Shown here in pieces: positions 50,201 through 61,028 of a DNA stretch of 64,000 nt. Position 1 is the stretch's first letter, and every line of letters starts with the position of its first letter. Made by a program: the position numbers and the translations under genes. The notes under the pieces were generated by a model, which was given only the letters and a program-made list of their open reading frames with translations, had not been told where the DNA came from and made no database searches. The stretch comes from Paramoeba atlantica (taxonomy: Eukaryota; Protista; Discosea), in the NCBI GenBank assembly GCA_977017575.1, contig CDRNVI010000003.1, positions 434,001-498,000 of the forward strand, in the 5' to 3' direction.

Positions 50201-51517
50201 TCACGTGCATATTGCGGGCGTTCGTAAGGTAATCACATAGTTGCAAACTGAAGGCTCTGATATATCCGATATTTCGGTTGTATTTCCACACACTGCACGC
50301 ACGACAGTATGTCGCATAGGTCCGGACCAGCAGCTATCACCGTGTTCATACCACATTGTTGAAAAGTCTCGCTGATACTCCTCATCTTCTTCAGCTGTAC
50401 CGGCTTCACCAAAGTCAGTCCACCGACCAAGAGATATTCCGCGATCTGGCCTGTCGGGATTTTCCTGTGTGACATCGTGAAACATACAGAGTGTGTGGTT
50501 CAATCCCTTGTGAATCTTGAAGTAGCATTTTCCGTGAAGTGGGAGAAACGCATCCTGCTCACCGAAAGGAGTGCCAAGTTCCCGTTGCAGCGTCTCAACC
50601 TCACGTTGAGTTGCCCACTTTTCGCGTAGTTGCGACTGATAGATTTCTCTAGCTACCTTGGCCTCTGGACGCTCGTATTTCGGTTTAGAATCGTACCCAT
50701 AGTCATCTATTTCATCATAAATGTTGATATCATCTTTATCTCTATATCTTCTATGCCTATCAGGAGAAATCTGGTCTTGCAAGTCATGAATGTATTCTTC
50801 ATGGAAAGATGCCGCATCATGCTCCCAATCCCCAGAGACGCTTGCGTTTCTTTTTTTGCTTTCTTCCAAGGCTTCCCTTTCTTTGTCCTCCAGCATTTCC
50901 TGTTCTTTCTTTTTCATTTCGAATTCTTCAAGCTCACGCTGTTTAACGGTGTACCGTTCTTTCGCTGCCTCAAGCTCTATCTTGCGTTCCTTCCGAATTT
51001 GCAAGGCACGCTCTATTAAGTCTCGTTTCTGTTGTAGTCCTTGACGACGGACGTCAGTCTCCTGTTGCTCTTGCGCTGCCTGAGCTGCAGCTAAAGCTGC
51101 ACAATTTCGAGGACAGAACCCTTCTTGCTCATCGGAGCCGTCGCAGCAATCACACACACCGTCATCCACATGACTGCGAAAGATCCATTTCGCGATGTGA
51201 CCCTCATTGGGACAATAGAATTCCTTTTCTGCTGCATTTACGTGACTGCATGCCGAGGTCCCAGGTTCGTCCGTTCCATCCTCACAGTCACAGTAATAAT
51301 CGTTGACGTTTTGTATTGCAATGGATGTACCGTCCCCGCACAGGAAGCTTGGTCCCGAATATAAATGTCTGCGCTCGGGTGAAACTCCACGAGTTGTAGA
51401 ACATTTCAAAGGAACGGGGGAGAAGACCAGAAGAGCTACAGCAAGGCAATAAACGAAGTTCATGAGAGGAACACCTTCAGAATCGTTATTGTGCACGCAT
51501 GTTCCACTTAAAGACAA
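50201..51517 (-). CDS. Glucosidase II beta subunit (PRKCSH-like)
   Basis: Signal-like N-terminus; VNDYYCDCEDGTDEPGTSAC; VDDGVCDCCDGSDE; coiled coil; MRH domain (CWSGPMRHTVV...SEPSVCNY). Confidence 0.92.
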   Translation of the reverse strand: MSLSGTCVHNNDSEGVPLMNFVYCLAVALLVFSPVPLKCSTTRGVSPERRHLYSGPSFLCGDGTSIAIQNVNDYYCDCEDGTDEPGTSACSHVNAAEKEFYCPNEGHIAKWIFRSHVDDGVCDCCDGSDEQEGFCPRNCAALAAAQAAQEQQETDVRRQGLQQKRDLIERALQIRKERKIELEAAKERYTVKQRELEEFEMKKKEQEMLEDKEREALEESKKRNASVSGDWEHDAASFHEEYIHDLQDQISPDRHRRYRDKDDINIYDEIDDYGYDSKPKYERPEAKVAREIYQSQLREKWATQREVETLQRELGTPFGEQDAFLPLHGKCYFKIHKGLNHTLCMFHDVTQENPDRPDRGISLGRWTDFGEAGTAEEDEEYQRDFSTMWYEHGDSCWSGPMRHTVVRAVCGNTTEISDISEPSVCNYVITLRTPAICT

Positions 51518-51825
51518 TTCGTACTAAAGCCAATCTTGTTTTGACGCATTAATCTCCGAGGTAATACTATCACGTGTCCGTTTTCTACGATTTTAACAAA
51601 CCATGTGCATCATGCACACCCTCCGATATAGATCACTAAAGACTGATTAAACAAATGGAACCCATCAAAATCATATATCTTCTATGGTTTCATCATATGA
51701 ATCAATTCCAATAGGATCAACACCAGTATATCAAAATAAAAAACTCGGCTTTCTCTTCCTTTAAAACGTATTGACCCTCTATAAACAAACCTACCCCAGC
51801 ACCCCCATCCTCCCTCCCTACTTAC

Positions 51826-52929
51826 CTACGTGGACAGCGGCATCAGCGGCCCCGCCTGCTGCTGGTGCAGCTGCGTCACAAAGGGGTCCCCGATATTCAG
51901 CAAAAGCTGATACAGCCACTTCCGCATGTTCACGTCCTCGTTTAGAAACTTACTAAACGTGGTGTCCCGCAGCGGGGCGGGGAGCTGCTGCTGCAGCACC
52001 TCCCGGGCCTGGGGGTGGTCCGAGAGCCGCAGGTAGCACCGTATGATGTGGCGCAGCAGGCGGGCGGTGGGGGCGTCCGCGACCATGGTGCGGAGGGTGT
52101 TGCTGACGGCGGTGAACCGCTCGGGGGTGGCGCAGACGTACCGGAGCCCGTGGTCGGGCTGGATCATCTTCTGGAGGACGAAGGTGGCGACGGTGCGGGT
52201 GAGCTCGACGCCGCGGTCCATGGTCTTGAGGCAGAGCGGGATGAGGTCGGTGGCGAGGAGGAAGCGGATGACCTCGGGCTCGTCGGACTTCACGAGGGCG
52301 CCGAGGACGCCGAGGCTGGTGAGGCGGAGGTAGTCGAGGGCGCGGGCGGGGTGGGTGGTGGAGAGGAGGGGGTAGAGCAGCAGGGGGAGGTGGGTGCGGA
52401 GGAGGGGGGGGCGGGTGTCGGGGTGGGAGGCGACGCACTGGAGCAGGGCGAGCGCGTTGCAGACGCGGTTGGAGGCGGCGGGGGGGAGGTCGGGGGGGGT
52501 GGTGAGGAGGCGGGGGTAGACCGCGGTGAGCTCCTGGAGGAGGAGCGCGATGACCGCGGTGGCGTGCCAGAGGGTGAGAGCGAGGTCGGGGTGGCGCTCG
52601 CGGACTTTGGAGAGTTCGTAGAGGGCGGATTCGCGGGTCTGTGGCTCGAGGAGTTGGCTGACGAGGGACCAGATTTTGGGGTCTTCGCAGGAGGAGGGAG
52701 GGGGAGGGGGAGGGGGTGGGGGTGGGGGGAGAGGACCGTGGGAGGGGGTCACGGGGGTGGGGGAGGGGTTGAGTCCGGAGAGGGGACTGACCCGGGGGAC
52801 GGGGGTAGGGGGGAGAGGGGGGTGGGGAAGGGGGTGGGTGCTGGTGGGGGGAGGGTAGGGAGGACCGGGTGGGACCCCGCGGGGGTGGGGAGGAGGGGCG
52901 TGGAAAGGAGAGGTGCCGAACTGGCTCAT
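51826..52929 (-). CDS. CNOT9: CCR4-NOT subunit 9 (RCD1/CAF40) with Pro-rich N-terminus
   Basis: RESALYELSKVRE, SNRVCNALALLQCVASHPDTR, YLRLTSLGVLGALVK, LTRTVATFVLQK, RLLRHIIRCYLRLSD. Confidence 0.95.
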   Translation of the reverse strand: MSQFGTSPFHAPPPHPRGVPPGPPYPPPTSTHPLPHPPLPPTPVPRVSPLSGLNPSPTPVTPSHGPLPPPPPPPPPPPSSCEDPKIWSLVSQLLEPQTRESALYELSKVRERHPDLALTLWHATAVIALLLQELTAVYPRLLTTPPDLPPAASNRVCNALALLQCVASHPDTRPPLLRTHLPLLLYPLLSTTHPARALDYLRLTSLGVLGALVKSDEPEVIRFLLATDLIPLCLKTMDRGVELTRTVATFVLQKMIQPDHGLRYVCATPERFTAVSNTLRTMVADAPTARLLRHIIRCYLRLSDHPQAREVLQQQLPAPLRDTTFSKFLNEDVNMRKWLYQLLLNIGDPFVTQLHQQQAGPLMPLST

Positions 52930-53200
52930 GGAGATGCGAGTCGGTGGGTGATGTAGTAAGAAAATCCGATGGAAAGAAAGAGAGATAGAGGTAAAGATAT
53001 AGGGGTAAAGAAGTGAGACTGCGAAACGATTATTTTTGAGAGTATAATGAGTGCGAAAAATAGTTTTTATCTCTTATATCTTGAGAGAGAACTTCATGCC
53101 CAATACAGCCTGACGGTATAAAAGCAGGATCATGTAACGATAGAAAAAAATAGAATCGTAGAATAGACCGCCCCATATATTATTTATCACCTGATTTCCC

Positions 53201-54172
53201 TCATGTACGCACATGCTTTCGAATGCCTCTCTCGACGCAGGGGCATACGAGAAAATTATTTTGGGCGTTCAATGGGGCATTCTTCTTCGCCTCGGTGTGT
53301 CCTGAGGAGACGCGATTCCACGCGTAGCGCCCATTGTCCACCTCACGCACTACCATCATGGAGGGGTGAGCCGTCTCTGTTGTAGAGTTCGAGTGGAACC
53401 AATTCTCGAGATCAACTGCGAGAGCTTTCATGTCGTCTGTGCCTTGTACGGCGCATACCTTCGTAGTGCCGTACGCCTCATCCCAATTAACTTCGGAACT
53501 AGCGTCGTGTAAGTCGTAGCAGCGCTGGTCATAAGAGCAAGGTTCGATACGAACAGTTTCCCCAACGTGTCTGGGATATTTACCATCCAAAAGAGTTCTC
53601 CGTAGTGTAGGAAAAGCATCCAATGTGGCCAGTTCCCGCGCGTGAAGGGTCTCATGCAGGCGAGCTGCGGGGCTAGCGCCTGTCTCAATAACTTCTTCAA
53701 CGAGTCCAGGGCGTCGCAAGTCTTCGTATACATACTCCGGTCGAACGTACTCCGAAAGAGATTCTTTTGTGACCCTGACGTAAGAGTGGACAGTACATCG
53801 GCGTGCGTCAAGAATAGCATGAGACTGTAATGAGACCTCTGATGGCATTTCAGGGGACTCATTGGGCTTGGAACCGAGAAACATAAACGAGCGGTCGCAA
53901 CGAAAGACTCGCGCAAAAAATGTCAATATGCGAGACAAAGTTTGCACACACGTGTTTCGAAAATGTTGAAAATCAGAGATTTTATGCCCTTCCAAATCTT
54001 CCTTTTCTTCCATTTTTTCGTACGAATCTCGCATATCAGAATCAGCCTCAGCATTTTTGGGTGATACCTCTCGCTCTTCACCGTTCCCCATCTCATTCTG
54101 GGTAAAGCAATACCCCAGGAGCGTCATTATAAGCAGGGACGTTAACATCGCGTAGAGATTAAGGCAAGTCAA
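53201..54172 (-). CDS. Hypothetical protein
   Basis: 323-aa ORF on the cluster strand; hydrophobic N-terminus if the first ATG is used. Confidence 0.7.
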   Translation of the reverse strand: MTCLNLYAMLTSLLIMTLLGYCFTQNEMGNGEEREVSPKNAEADSDMRDSYEKMEEKEDLEGHKISDFQHFRNTCVQTLSRILTFFARVFRCDRSFMFLGSKPNESPEMPSEVSLQSHAILDARRCTVHSYVRVTKESLSEYVRPEYVYEDLRRPGLVEEVIETGASPAARLHETLHARELATLDAFPTLRRTLLDGKYPRHVGETVRIEPCSYDQRCYDLHDASSEVNWDEAYGTTKVCAVQGTDDMKALAVDLENWFHSNSTTETAHPSMMVVREVDNGRYAWNRVSSGHTEAKKNAPLNAQNNFLVCPCVERGIRKHVRT

Positions 54173-54494
54173 AAAATATTTTTTACGCCAAATAAATCTC
54201 TAATGCCTAAAAATACTTTGCTTCTAAAATACTCAGATTAGTCCCTCAGATATCAGTGTTAACCTTCAGAAGAGTAAATTTTTAAAAGTATACGTAATAT
54301 GCTAGTTCAATACGGTCTAGTACTAGACGATTTTCAAAGTGAATCGTTTACTGTATCGTAAGCTGAGATTATGATCTTTTATATTAAAAATACAATTACT
54401 CCCGAGCATACGCTTGCCCAATTAATCAATACGCTATGATGTAAAAACTAAAAGACTCTTTTAAAAGGAGATTCTGAATTACAAATATCTGTTT

Positions 54495-57400
54495 CTATCC
54501 TGCGAAGCTACGATCAGAAATATGCGCCGCCTCTTCGTCTTCTGTATCGTCATAAATCAGAGGTCCGATTGCACTGTTCACAGCATCTCGCACTTGCTTG
54601 GCTTCCATCTCAAGGCCTTTCTTGTGATGCTCGAAAGCAACATTTTTCGCCAGATTTTGTTTGTTTTCTTTCTTACTTACGCTTCTCGGTGAGCCACAGA
54701 ATGGACACGAAGTACTTGGAAGCGTACTTGCGGCGCGCTCGAACGTATCACAGAGCATCGGTAGTAAGCCGAACGTCCGGAGCTGGAGTCCCAGACTACG
54801 GCGTACCGGTTCATCCTCCTTGGAGGCTTTGCGAAACACTGAGAACAAGCCTCGAATATCAGGATAAAGTTCAATCGGTCGCGTTACCACTTCCACTGTT
54901 GCGTTCTCTTCTGAAACCTTAAAGAATGTATCTAAAGAGTACGGTGCCGCGGCACGGTGCAGAAGTTCGAGCATTGCCCAACAGATATTTGCCCGCATAC
55001 AAATCGCCAAAAGTGCGCCTGAGCGCACAAATGCTTGCAAATAGGTTTCATTAGCCGCACAACATTGTGAGACCAGTCGTGTCATGCAGCGCAAATGGGA
55101 GCAGTGTGTGTCAGTGTACAGGATGTGCGTAACCATCGCGATCATGTGGGAGTCCTGCATGAAGGAGCGTGTCAGATTCTCGTCTGTTTGCATCATGAAA
55201 CGAAGGGGATCCACCGCCAAATGCCACTGGCGTCGTGTTGGGACATACCAACAGGCCAGAGTTAGCAGAAGTAGATCTTCCGAATGAGCCACCTTGATCA
55301 AGGGTGTGTTGTGATACTTCGTCAACGTGAGCAAAGTCGAAAACAGCATGTTCGCGGCACGTCCTTCGGAAGCCGTAAGTGGAGCCACTCCTAACTGAAA
55401 AGGCGTATGACGCGGGAGGATAGAGAAAATTTGCTGTAGGATACCATACTTCAGGACACGTTGCACATGCCCGCACAGTAGTGCACGACACAAAATACCC
55501 GTTACGGCCTCGATACATTCCAGTTGGTTTTTCTGGGGGAGAGCATTGAAAATATATTGCACGCCATCTAATAAAACTTTGAAGTGCTCCCATTTAACGT
55601 CCTCCACCGTGTTCGTCTCACGAGGTGTTTCACTAGTGGCTGTGCGAGATTGTCGAGTACGGATCATGTAGTAAAGTAGCAGCATGAGCCACCAGATGGC
55701 ATCGTACTGTCGACGCGAAACTAGCTTGGTACCTGTCGTTATGAACACGTCTAGCTCATCAAGACACAATCGACGATAAAGTTCAGCGAGATCACGCGGG
55801 TAGCATTGCCGTGAAAGTTCGGCAAAATCTCCACAACACCCTCTATAAATGAGAGGCCAGAGCCGAGTGTCGTTTTCCGCCATACAGCGAAAGTGCGCAG
55901 CAACCTTTTCAACAACGTAATTGGCGTTCTTCGGAGCAAAATAGCCTAAAATGCAGAGACAATCGCCAAGTAAATTTACATGCTTAATACTTCGATCTTG
56001 TAGCAGGTCCATAATCTTCTCAAAGATAAAGTCATATGAAGACGGTAATGGTCTGATGGACTGCGTTTCGTTTTCGGGGTGACTTTGATCCAAAATATAG
56101 AGAATACGACACGTGGCCTGAGCCATTACCTCGGGGTCAAATGCGGAACTGTCGAGAAATGTGACGCAAGTTCGAATCGCAGTTAGACTCGCTTGACTTA
56201 CCAGCTGATTGCACCTACTCTTGACCAATTTACTACTCGGGTCTACCTCCAACGCTCGTCGGTGAGCATCGCTTGCGGCATGCCATTTTCCGAGAAGTCG
56301 TAGACATTCACCAAGACAAAGATGAGCTCGAGCCCATTGTGGGGCGAGAACGACGCAAGCAGTAGCATCTTCGTGGGCTTTCTTATGTTTCTCCAAGCGT
56401 AGATACGCAATGGCGCGATTATAGTACAGCGATGCTAACTGTGGCTCCGCCTGTATGCCGCTTGAATAACACTGTATACTGCGATTGTAATCGCCTGACT
56501 GAAAAGCCTCGTTTCCCTTGCGCTTCCATTCCGATGCAGTCGCAGGTTTGCTTTTCGACTTTCCTGTGGTCTCAATTTGTTCTTCAGAATCGGTAAGTGA
56601 CAGATCAAGATTGCTCGATATTTCCGCATCTTCCACAGTGGTCTCTTCAGTGTCAATATGACAGGAGCATCCCTTCGAATCATGTCGTCCAGAAGACCAC
56701 AATTCCATAGACGCAACAAGTTCATCGGTGACTGGTGACCTAAGAAGCCACTCCGTCTCGGCGCTCGTTAGATCCAGAGCTCGACGGCCTTGAGCGGAGG
56801 AACGTATACCTTTTTTGTTCCCTTTGTTTTTGCGAATATCAAGCATGACAGTCAGATCATCGCCGATGTCAAGACTGGGACGCGCTTTCTTAGTCTTTGT
56901 CTTACTCTCTTTTGTACCACAGAGTAGTTCTATCTGCTCGGCTGATGTGTCCTGTCGCGCATTTCGATCTGCGTTGCGTCCCTTGTCGGTCTGTGACACT
57001 GTCCGATTCGATTTCGTTTCAGATGTTTCGGTCTTTTTCTCCTTGCGCGCGGATAAATCAGTAGCAATTGTTCCCTTTTCTTTCACTCCACTTGACGAGG
57101 AAACTTGCGTCTCATTCTTTGGTGAAAAAGTGGGTGTCTTTTTGCTTTTTTCTGGTTCGGGAATGCTGTCGATTTCCCCATTAATGTGAGTTCGCTTATT
57201 TATGTGAATGAATTGGGGAACGGACTCGTTATTGATTCCAATTATTTTTTCTAATTCACCCTTCGACATGCCGAATTGCATAGCAAAGTAATCCATCCTC
57301 TTCTGTAGCCTACGCATAACTTTACAATGATACACTCCATGCTCTTCTCCACAACATAAGCAATAATGAAATCCGGCTGTTCGGTGGCGCTCCTGCTGGT

Positions 57401-60400
57401 TACAATTATTCTCAGAATTGTTGTAATACAAGCAAGGGTAGCGGTGTGTATGCTTAATTTTTTGCCATCCTAGTTTGGGTGCTTTTGTGAAGCGCACCCA
57501 GTGAGCTGCAGTAAGAATTGCCCACAAATGTGGAATATTGCGGATAGTGGTTTTTTCCCAGTGTGTAACAAGAAGATCTTGGACACATTCGCGAACATCT
57601 CCATTCGATGTGAGATACCATAAGCTATTTAAATCCTCTTCATCTGCAACGTACGATCGGTAAAACAGATCTCGAGAAATTTCTGTTGCGGTGGGATCCC
57701 GACTACCCGCAGTACTACGTACACTAGTTTTTGAAGTGGATACGTTAATCGTCTGCTGCGAGCCACTGGATGAACCATTCTCGTTGGATGCAGAAACATG
57801 GTTCGGCGTACTAGTGATAGAAGCTCGCTTCGGCGGTGGTGGTGTACGTAGATGAATTGCATTCGGAAGTTTCGGAGTGCGTTGCATTCCAACGAACTGT
57901 GAAAGCTGGTGTTCTGATATAGACAGTACGCGGGACAGACTTTTTACGCGACGCGAAATCTCTCGCAACTCTGGGCAGGCGCATGCACCGTGATCTCGAA
58001 GTAGACAACAAAGGCAAAAGTGAAACCCCGCCTCTCGATGAGCAGTTACCTTCTTACACAAATTTTCCTTGGAGTTATAGTACAGACAAGGACTTGTTGA
58101 GTTCTTGTCAGAAGATTTCTGCCATACTAAGCCTCTTATTCCCGATCCGCGTGCTGACGCTAATAGGGCCCAAAAATAAGGCAATGTGAGTGCCGTACGA
58201 GACCAATGATTTGACCACATGTCCTCGGCGCTCGTTCGAACGGCACCTTCGCTACACAAATGCCATACGTCACTTAAGTAGATGTCACTTACGATCCATT
58301 CTTTGAAGAATTCGTTTCTAGAAATACGGCCTTCGTCCATTTTGAGGTCTTTAATACCGGTAACGGAGCTCACATCGTCTAGCAACCTAAGATTCGGATC
58401 GTCATCAGTTTTCTTAGTTGTCGGTAATTCAACTTTACCCGGAATAGTAAGCTCGTCTATGGGATCAGGCGAAAGTGATGCTTCTAGACCATCGGAGTTA
58501 CCTATGATTGTTCTCATCGGAGATTTAATCGAAGTTTGCGGGTGTTTAACCGGAAGAACAATTATTTGAGGCGGAGTCAAACGTGTAAATCCCATGAACT
58601 TTTGAAGCACCTCAAGATCAACTTCTAGGGTAACAGCAAGCTCCCGAATTCGAGATTGTAAGCGCTGGAGTGCTAAGCAATTTGACGCTCCGTGTTCTTC
58701 AGCACCGCAGCACAAGCAAAAATGAAATCCAGCAGTACCGTGCTTAGCATTTTGCTTGCATCCGCCAACGGCATGATTATAAAACAAGCAAGGTGTGTGC
58801 TGTGTCCTTTTTGCGACATGCCAGACCAAAGACCGAGTAGACGTGTGGGCGGCATTTCTACCCGAGCGACAACCGTGTGATGCTGCAAGAAGAGCCCAAA
58901 AAAAGGAAGCCGATACTGATATTTGAGCCCAGTGATTGTCAGAAAGGTCTATCGCACGGGTCCGGATAAGTTCCTGTGAACCCATGTACCATAAATCTCG
59001 CATAGTTTCATCTGAGCAGTCTACATAGGTTTGATAAAAATCCTTCTTTGTAAGCTGCAAACCTGTTTCAGAGCGAGAAAATGCTTTGCTAGGTGAGGTG
59101 GCGTGATCTCCCGGGCGTGTCCAAGGTACAGATTTGCGTAAACCGCTCTGTTGGGCTTCCACCTGGGGAGTAAGACGTTCGGGTGGTGAACGAACGTCAT
59201 GAATGCTGATTATTTCCCGATCCGGGGTGAACGATGCTCGCTCGTTTGAAGGAATGGGGGAGTCAGCTTCGAACGTTTGAAATTCGTTTAAAAATTGCAT
59301 GGAGTCAAGCAAGGATCCTTGTATTGGGGTAGTCGTAGGCTCAGCAATCCGAAGCTTTTCAAAGACTGTATCTACACCCGAAGGATTCTCTAGATTCAGG
59401 GCATCTTCGGGCCCCGCATCTATATTAAATCCAAACATGGGACGACGCAGCAAAGAATTCGGCGATTCTGGTTCATCTTCAGTATTTTTTGAACGCATAC
59501 TTTCTAGTAAAGGCTGCAGGACATTTGTTACGTCCTTTTGGAGAGAAGCTTCATCGTGTTGCTCCAAATCTTGCGGATTCATCAACTTTGAAGCAATGGG
59601 GTCACTTATAGCCGCGTTTTTGAGACGAGCGCTGGCTTTCAAGCCTTGATGGGATTCAAATGGTAGGACTGCATGTCCCTTATGAAATTTCTGTGTGTGT
59701 CCCCCGGTAGAACTGGAAGGTAGATTGGGGTGGTAAGGTGTGGCTAATGGGTTATACATATTCGAGCGCATGCTGAAGTCGGAAGATCCGTGGGGTGCCG
59801 AAATGTTGCGGGGTATCATTTCCAAAGGGTTAGCTGGATGTCCCATGAACTGGCCGCCATCATGCATCGGTAATTCATTCATACCTGGAAGCGGTGGTGA
59901 AAATATGTCCTCATTGTACTGGGGGGGCATGGCCGGATTTGAGCCTTGTGGATATGAAGCCCACGGAGGTGGCATTAGATGGGAAACAGTATCACGAAAC
60001 AGCCGTCGGAGTTGGGAAATAGTGAACGCTGGAGATTTCAAGCGATAAAAATTTCTCTCGAAGCAGTCATAGAGCCATATGACACCCGGCGTAGCCCAAT
60101 ATTCTTTATCAGTTGGAGTAATTTCTTCTACACTTTTGGGCTTGTACGTGGTCCCCGGTTTGGACAGTGACAAGGCGTGTTCTTCAAACAGAAACTTTGA
60201 GGAGTAAAATTCATAGAATTGAACTAGAATCTCAAGTGTTGAGCTTACTTCGCTTTGTAGCTGATAACTCAGTCGCAAAAGCTCCAGTTGCAACGAGAGC
60301 TTATGAAATTCATCTAATGCAACTTGCGGAGGAACGAATTGAACCAAATTCTTACGCGTCTGACAAACAAAATATGTCCACATCTTCATGATAACTTCGG

Positions 60401-61028
60401 ATCGTAAGCTTGACTTACGGCACGTGAAGAATTCCATTGAATGAGCGAGCTTTAAAAGAACTCGAGCGCCCAAGTAAATCATTGGATGTTGTGTGAAGTA
60501 TAATCTGTGGAGAACAGCTTCAAACACATCTGTCCCACCGAACTTAAGATTAAAATTGATGTTCGTGTATCTACTCGTTTGATCTACCCGAGAGGGATGC
60601 ATGCCTTTGGCACGGTACTGAATGCAGTCGTTCCTTTGACTCTCGGTGCCGCGACAAAGTAAAATCGTTCCTTTCTCTGAGAGAGACAAAGTAGAAAAAT
60701 ACCGACTAAACTGTACCGCATCGATTTCTGCTGACATTCGTAGCCTAGATTTAGATCCCATTTGAGATGCCAATGTTTGATCTTCCGGGGATAATGCCGT
60801 TAGTTCAAGTGGAGAAGTTGGATCCCAATATCCAAGAGCTAGAGATTGACCTGAAATGTACACGTTGCGCCGAACTGAGAGACCCGCATTTTTCACATGA
60901 GCTTGGATGTCATCTTTCACTTCACATGCCATTTTCCATATCGCAGCGACTGATGAAAGTTTGGCTACTGTGAGAATGGTTTTGTGAAGTCGCTCTCGCT
61001 GGCTCCCGTCCAACACATAAGGTTGCAT
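54495..61028 (-). CDS. Multidomain protein: degenerate TUTase/PAP-like N-terminus, three Cys/His zinc modules, TPR triplet, helical C-terminus
   Basis: 2177-aa ORF; modules at ~58590-59055, ~57885-58325, ~57235-57680; TPRs ~56235-56545 (KGNEAF..GDY..SI..YS..I...P....YYNRA). Confidence 0.85.
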   Translation of the reverse strand: MQPYVLDGSQRERLHKTILTVAKLSSVAAIWKMACEVKDDIQAHVKNAGLSVRRNVYISGQSLALGYWDPTSPLELTALSPEDQTLASQMGSKSRLRMSAEIDAVQFSRYFSTLSLSEKGTILLCRGTESQRNDCIQYRAKGMHPSRVDQTSRYTNINFNLKFGGTDVFEAVLHRLYFTQHPMIYLGARVLLKLAHSMEFFTCRKSSLRSEVIMKMWTYFVCQTRKNLVQFVPPQVALDEFHKLSLQLELLRLSYQLQSEVSSTLEILVQFYEFYSSKFLFEEHALSLSKPGTTYKPKSVEEITPTDKEYWATPGVIWLYDCFERNFYRLKSPAFTISQLRRLFRDTVSHLMPPPWASYPQGSNPAMPPQYNEDIFSPPLPGMNELPMHDGGQFMGHPANPLEMIPRNISAPHGSSDFSMRSNMYNPLATPYHPNLPSSSTGGHTQKFHKGHAVLPFESHQGLKASARLKNAAISDPIASKLMNPQDLEQHDEASLQKDVTNVLQPLLESMRSKNTEDEPESPNSLLRRPMFGFNIDAGPEDALNLENPSGVDTVFEKLRIAEPTTTPIQGSLLDSMQFLNEFQTFEADSPIPSNERASFTPDREIISIHDVRSPPERLTPQVEAQQSGLRKSVPWTRPGDHATSPSKAFSRSETGLQLTKKDFYQTYVDCSDETMRDLWYMGSQELIRTRAIDLSDNHWAQISVSASFFWALLAASHGCRSGRNAAHTSTRSLVWHVAKRTQHTPCLFYNHAVGGCKQNAKHGTAGFHFCLCCGAEEHGASNCLALQRLQSRIRELAVTLEVDLEVLQKFMGFTRLTPPQIIVLPVKHPQTSIKSPMRTIIGNSDGLEASLSPDPIDELTIPGKVELPTTKKTDDDPNLRLLDDVSSVTGIKDLKMDEGRISRNEFFKEWIVSDIYLSDVWHLCSEGAVRTSAEDMWSNHWSRTALTLPYFWALLASARGSGIRGLVWQKSSDKNSTSPCLYYNSKENLCKKVTAHREAGFHFCLCCLLRDHGACACPELREISRRVKSLSRVLSISEHQLSQFVGMQRTPKLPNAIHLRTPPPPKRASITSTPNHVSASNENGSSSGSQQTINVSTSKTSVRSTAGSRDPTATEISRDLFYRSYVADEEDLNSLWYLTSNGDVRECVQDLLVTHWEKTTIRNIPHLWAILTAAHWVRFTKAPKLGWQKIKHTHRYPCLYYNNSENNCNQQERHRTAGFHYCLCCGEEHGVYHCKVMRRLQKRMDYFAMQFGMSKGELEKIIGINNESVPQFIHINKRTHINGEIDSIPEPEKSKKTPTFSPKNETQVSSSSGVKEKGTIATDLSARKEKKTETSETKSNRTVSQTDKGRNADRNARQDTSAEQIELLCGTKESKTKTKKARPSLDIGDDLTVMLDIRKNKGNKKGIRSSAQGRRALDLTSAETEWLLRSPVTDELVASMELWSSGRHDSKGCSCHIDTEETTVEDAEISSNLDLSLTDSEEQIETTGKSKSKPATASEWKRKGNEAFQSGDYNRSIQCYSSGIQAEPQLASLYYNRAIAYLRLEKHKKAHEDATACVVLAPQWARAHLCLGECLRLLGKWHAASDAHRRALEVDPSSKLVKSRCNQLVSQASLTAIRTCVTFLDSSAFDPEVMAQATCRILYILDQSHPENETQSIRPLPSSYDFIFEKIMDLLQDRSIKHVNLLGDCLCILGYFAPKNANYVVEKVAAHFRCMAENDTRLWPLIYRGCCGDFAELSRQCYPRDLAELYRRLCLDELDVFITTGTKLVSRRQYDAIWWLMLLLYYMIRTRQSRTATSETPRETNTVEDVKWEHFKVLLDGVQYIFNALPQKNQLECIEAVTGILCRALLCGHVQRVLKYGILQQIFSILPRHTPFQLGVAPLTASEGRAANMLFSTLLTLTKYHNTPLIKVAHSEDLLLLTLACWYVPTRRQWHLAVDPLRFMMQTDENLTRSFMQDSHMIAMVTHILYTDTHCSHLRCMTRLVSQCCAANETYLQAFVRSGALLAICMRANICWAMLELLHRAAAPYSLDTFFKVSEENATVEVVTRPIELYPDIRGLFSVFRKASKEDEPVRRSLGLQLRTFGLLPMLCDTFERAASTLPSTSCPFCGSPRSVSKKENKQNLAKNVAFEHHKKGLEMEAKQVRDAVNSAIGPLIYDDTEDEEAAHISDRSFAG

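Noticed and set aside
51953-52956. 313-aa plus ORF and 161-aa alternative-frame minus ORF
   Set aside because: Shadows of CNOT9 caused by extreme C-ending codon bias.
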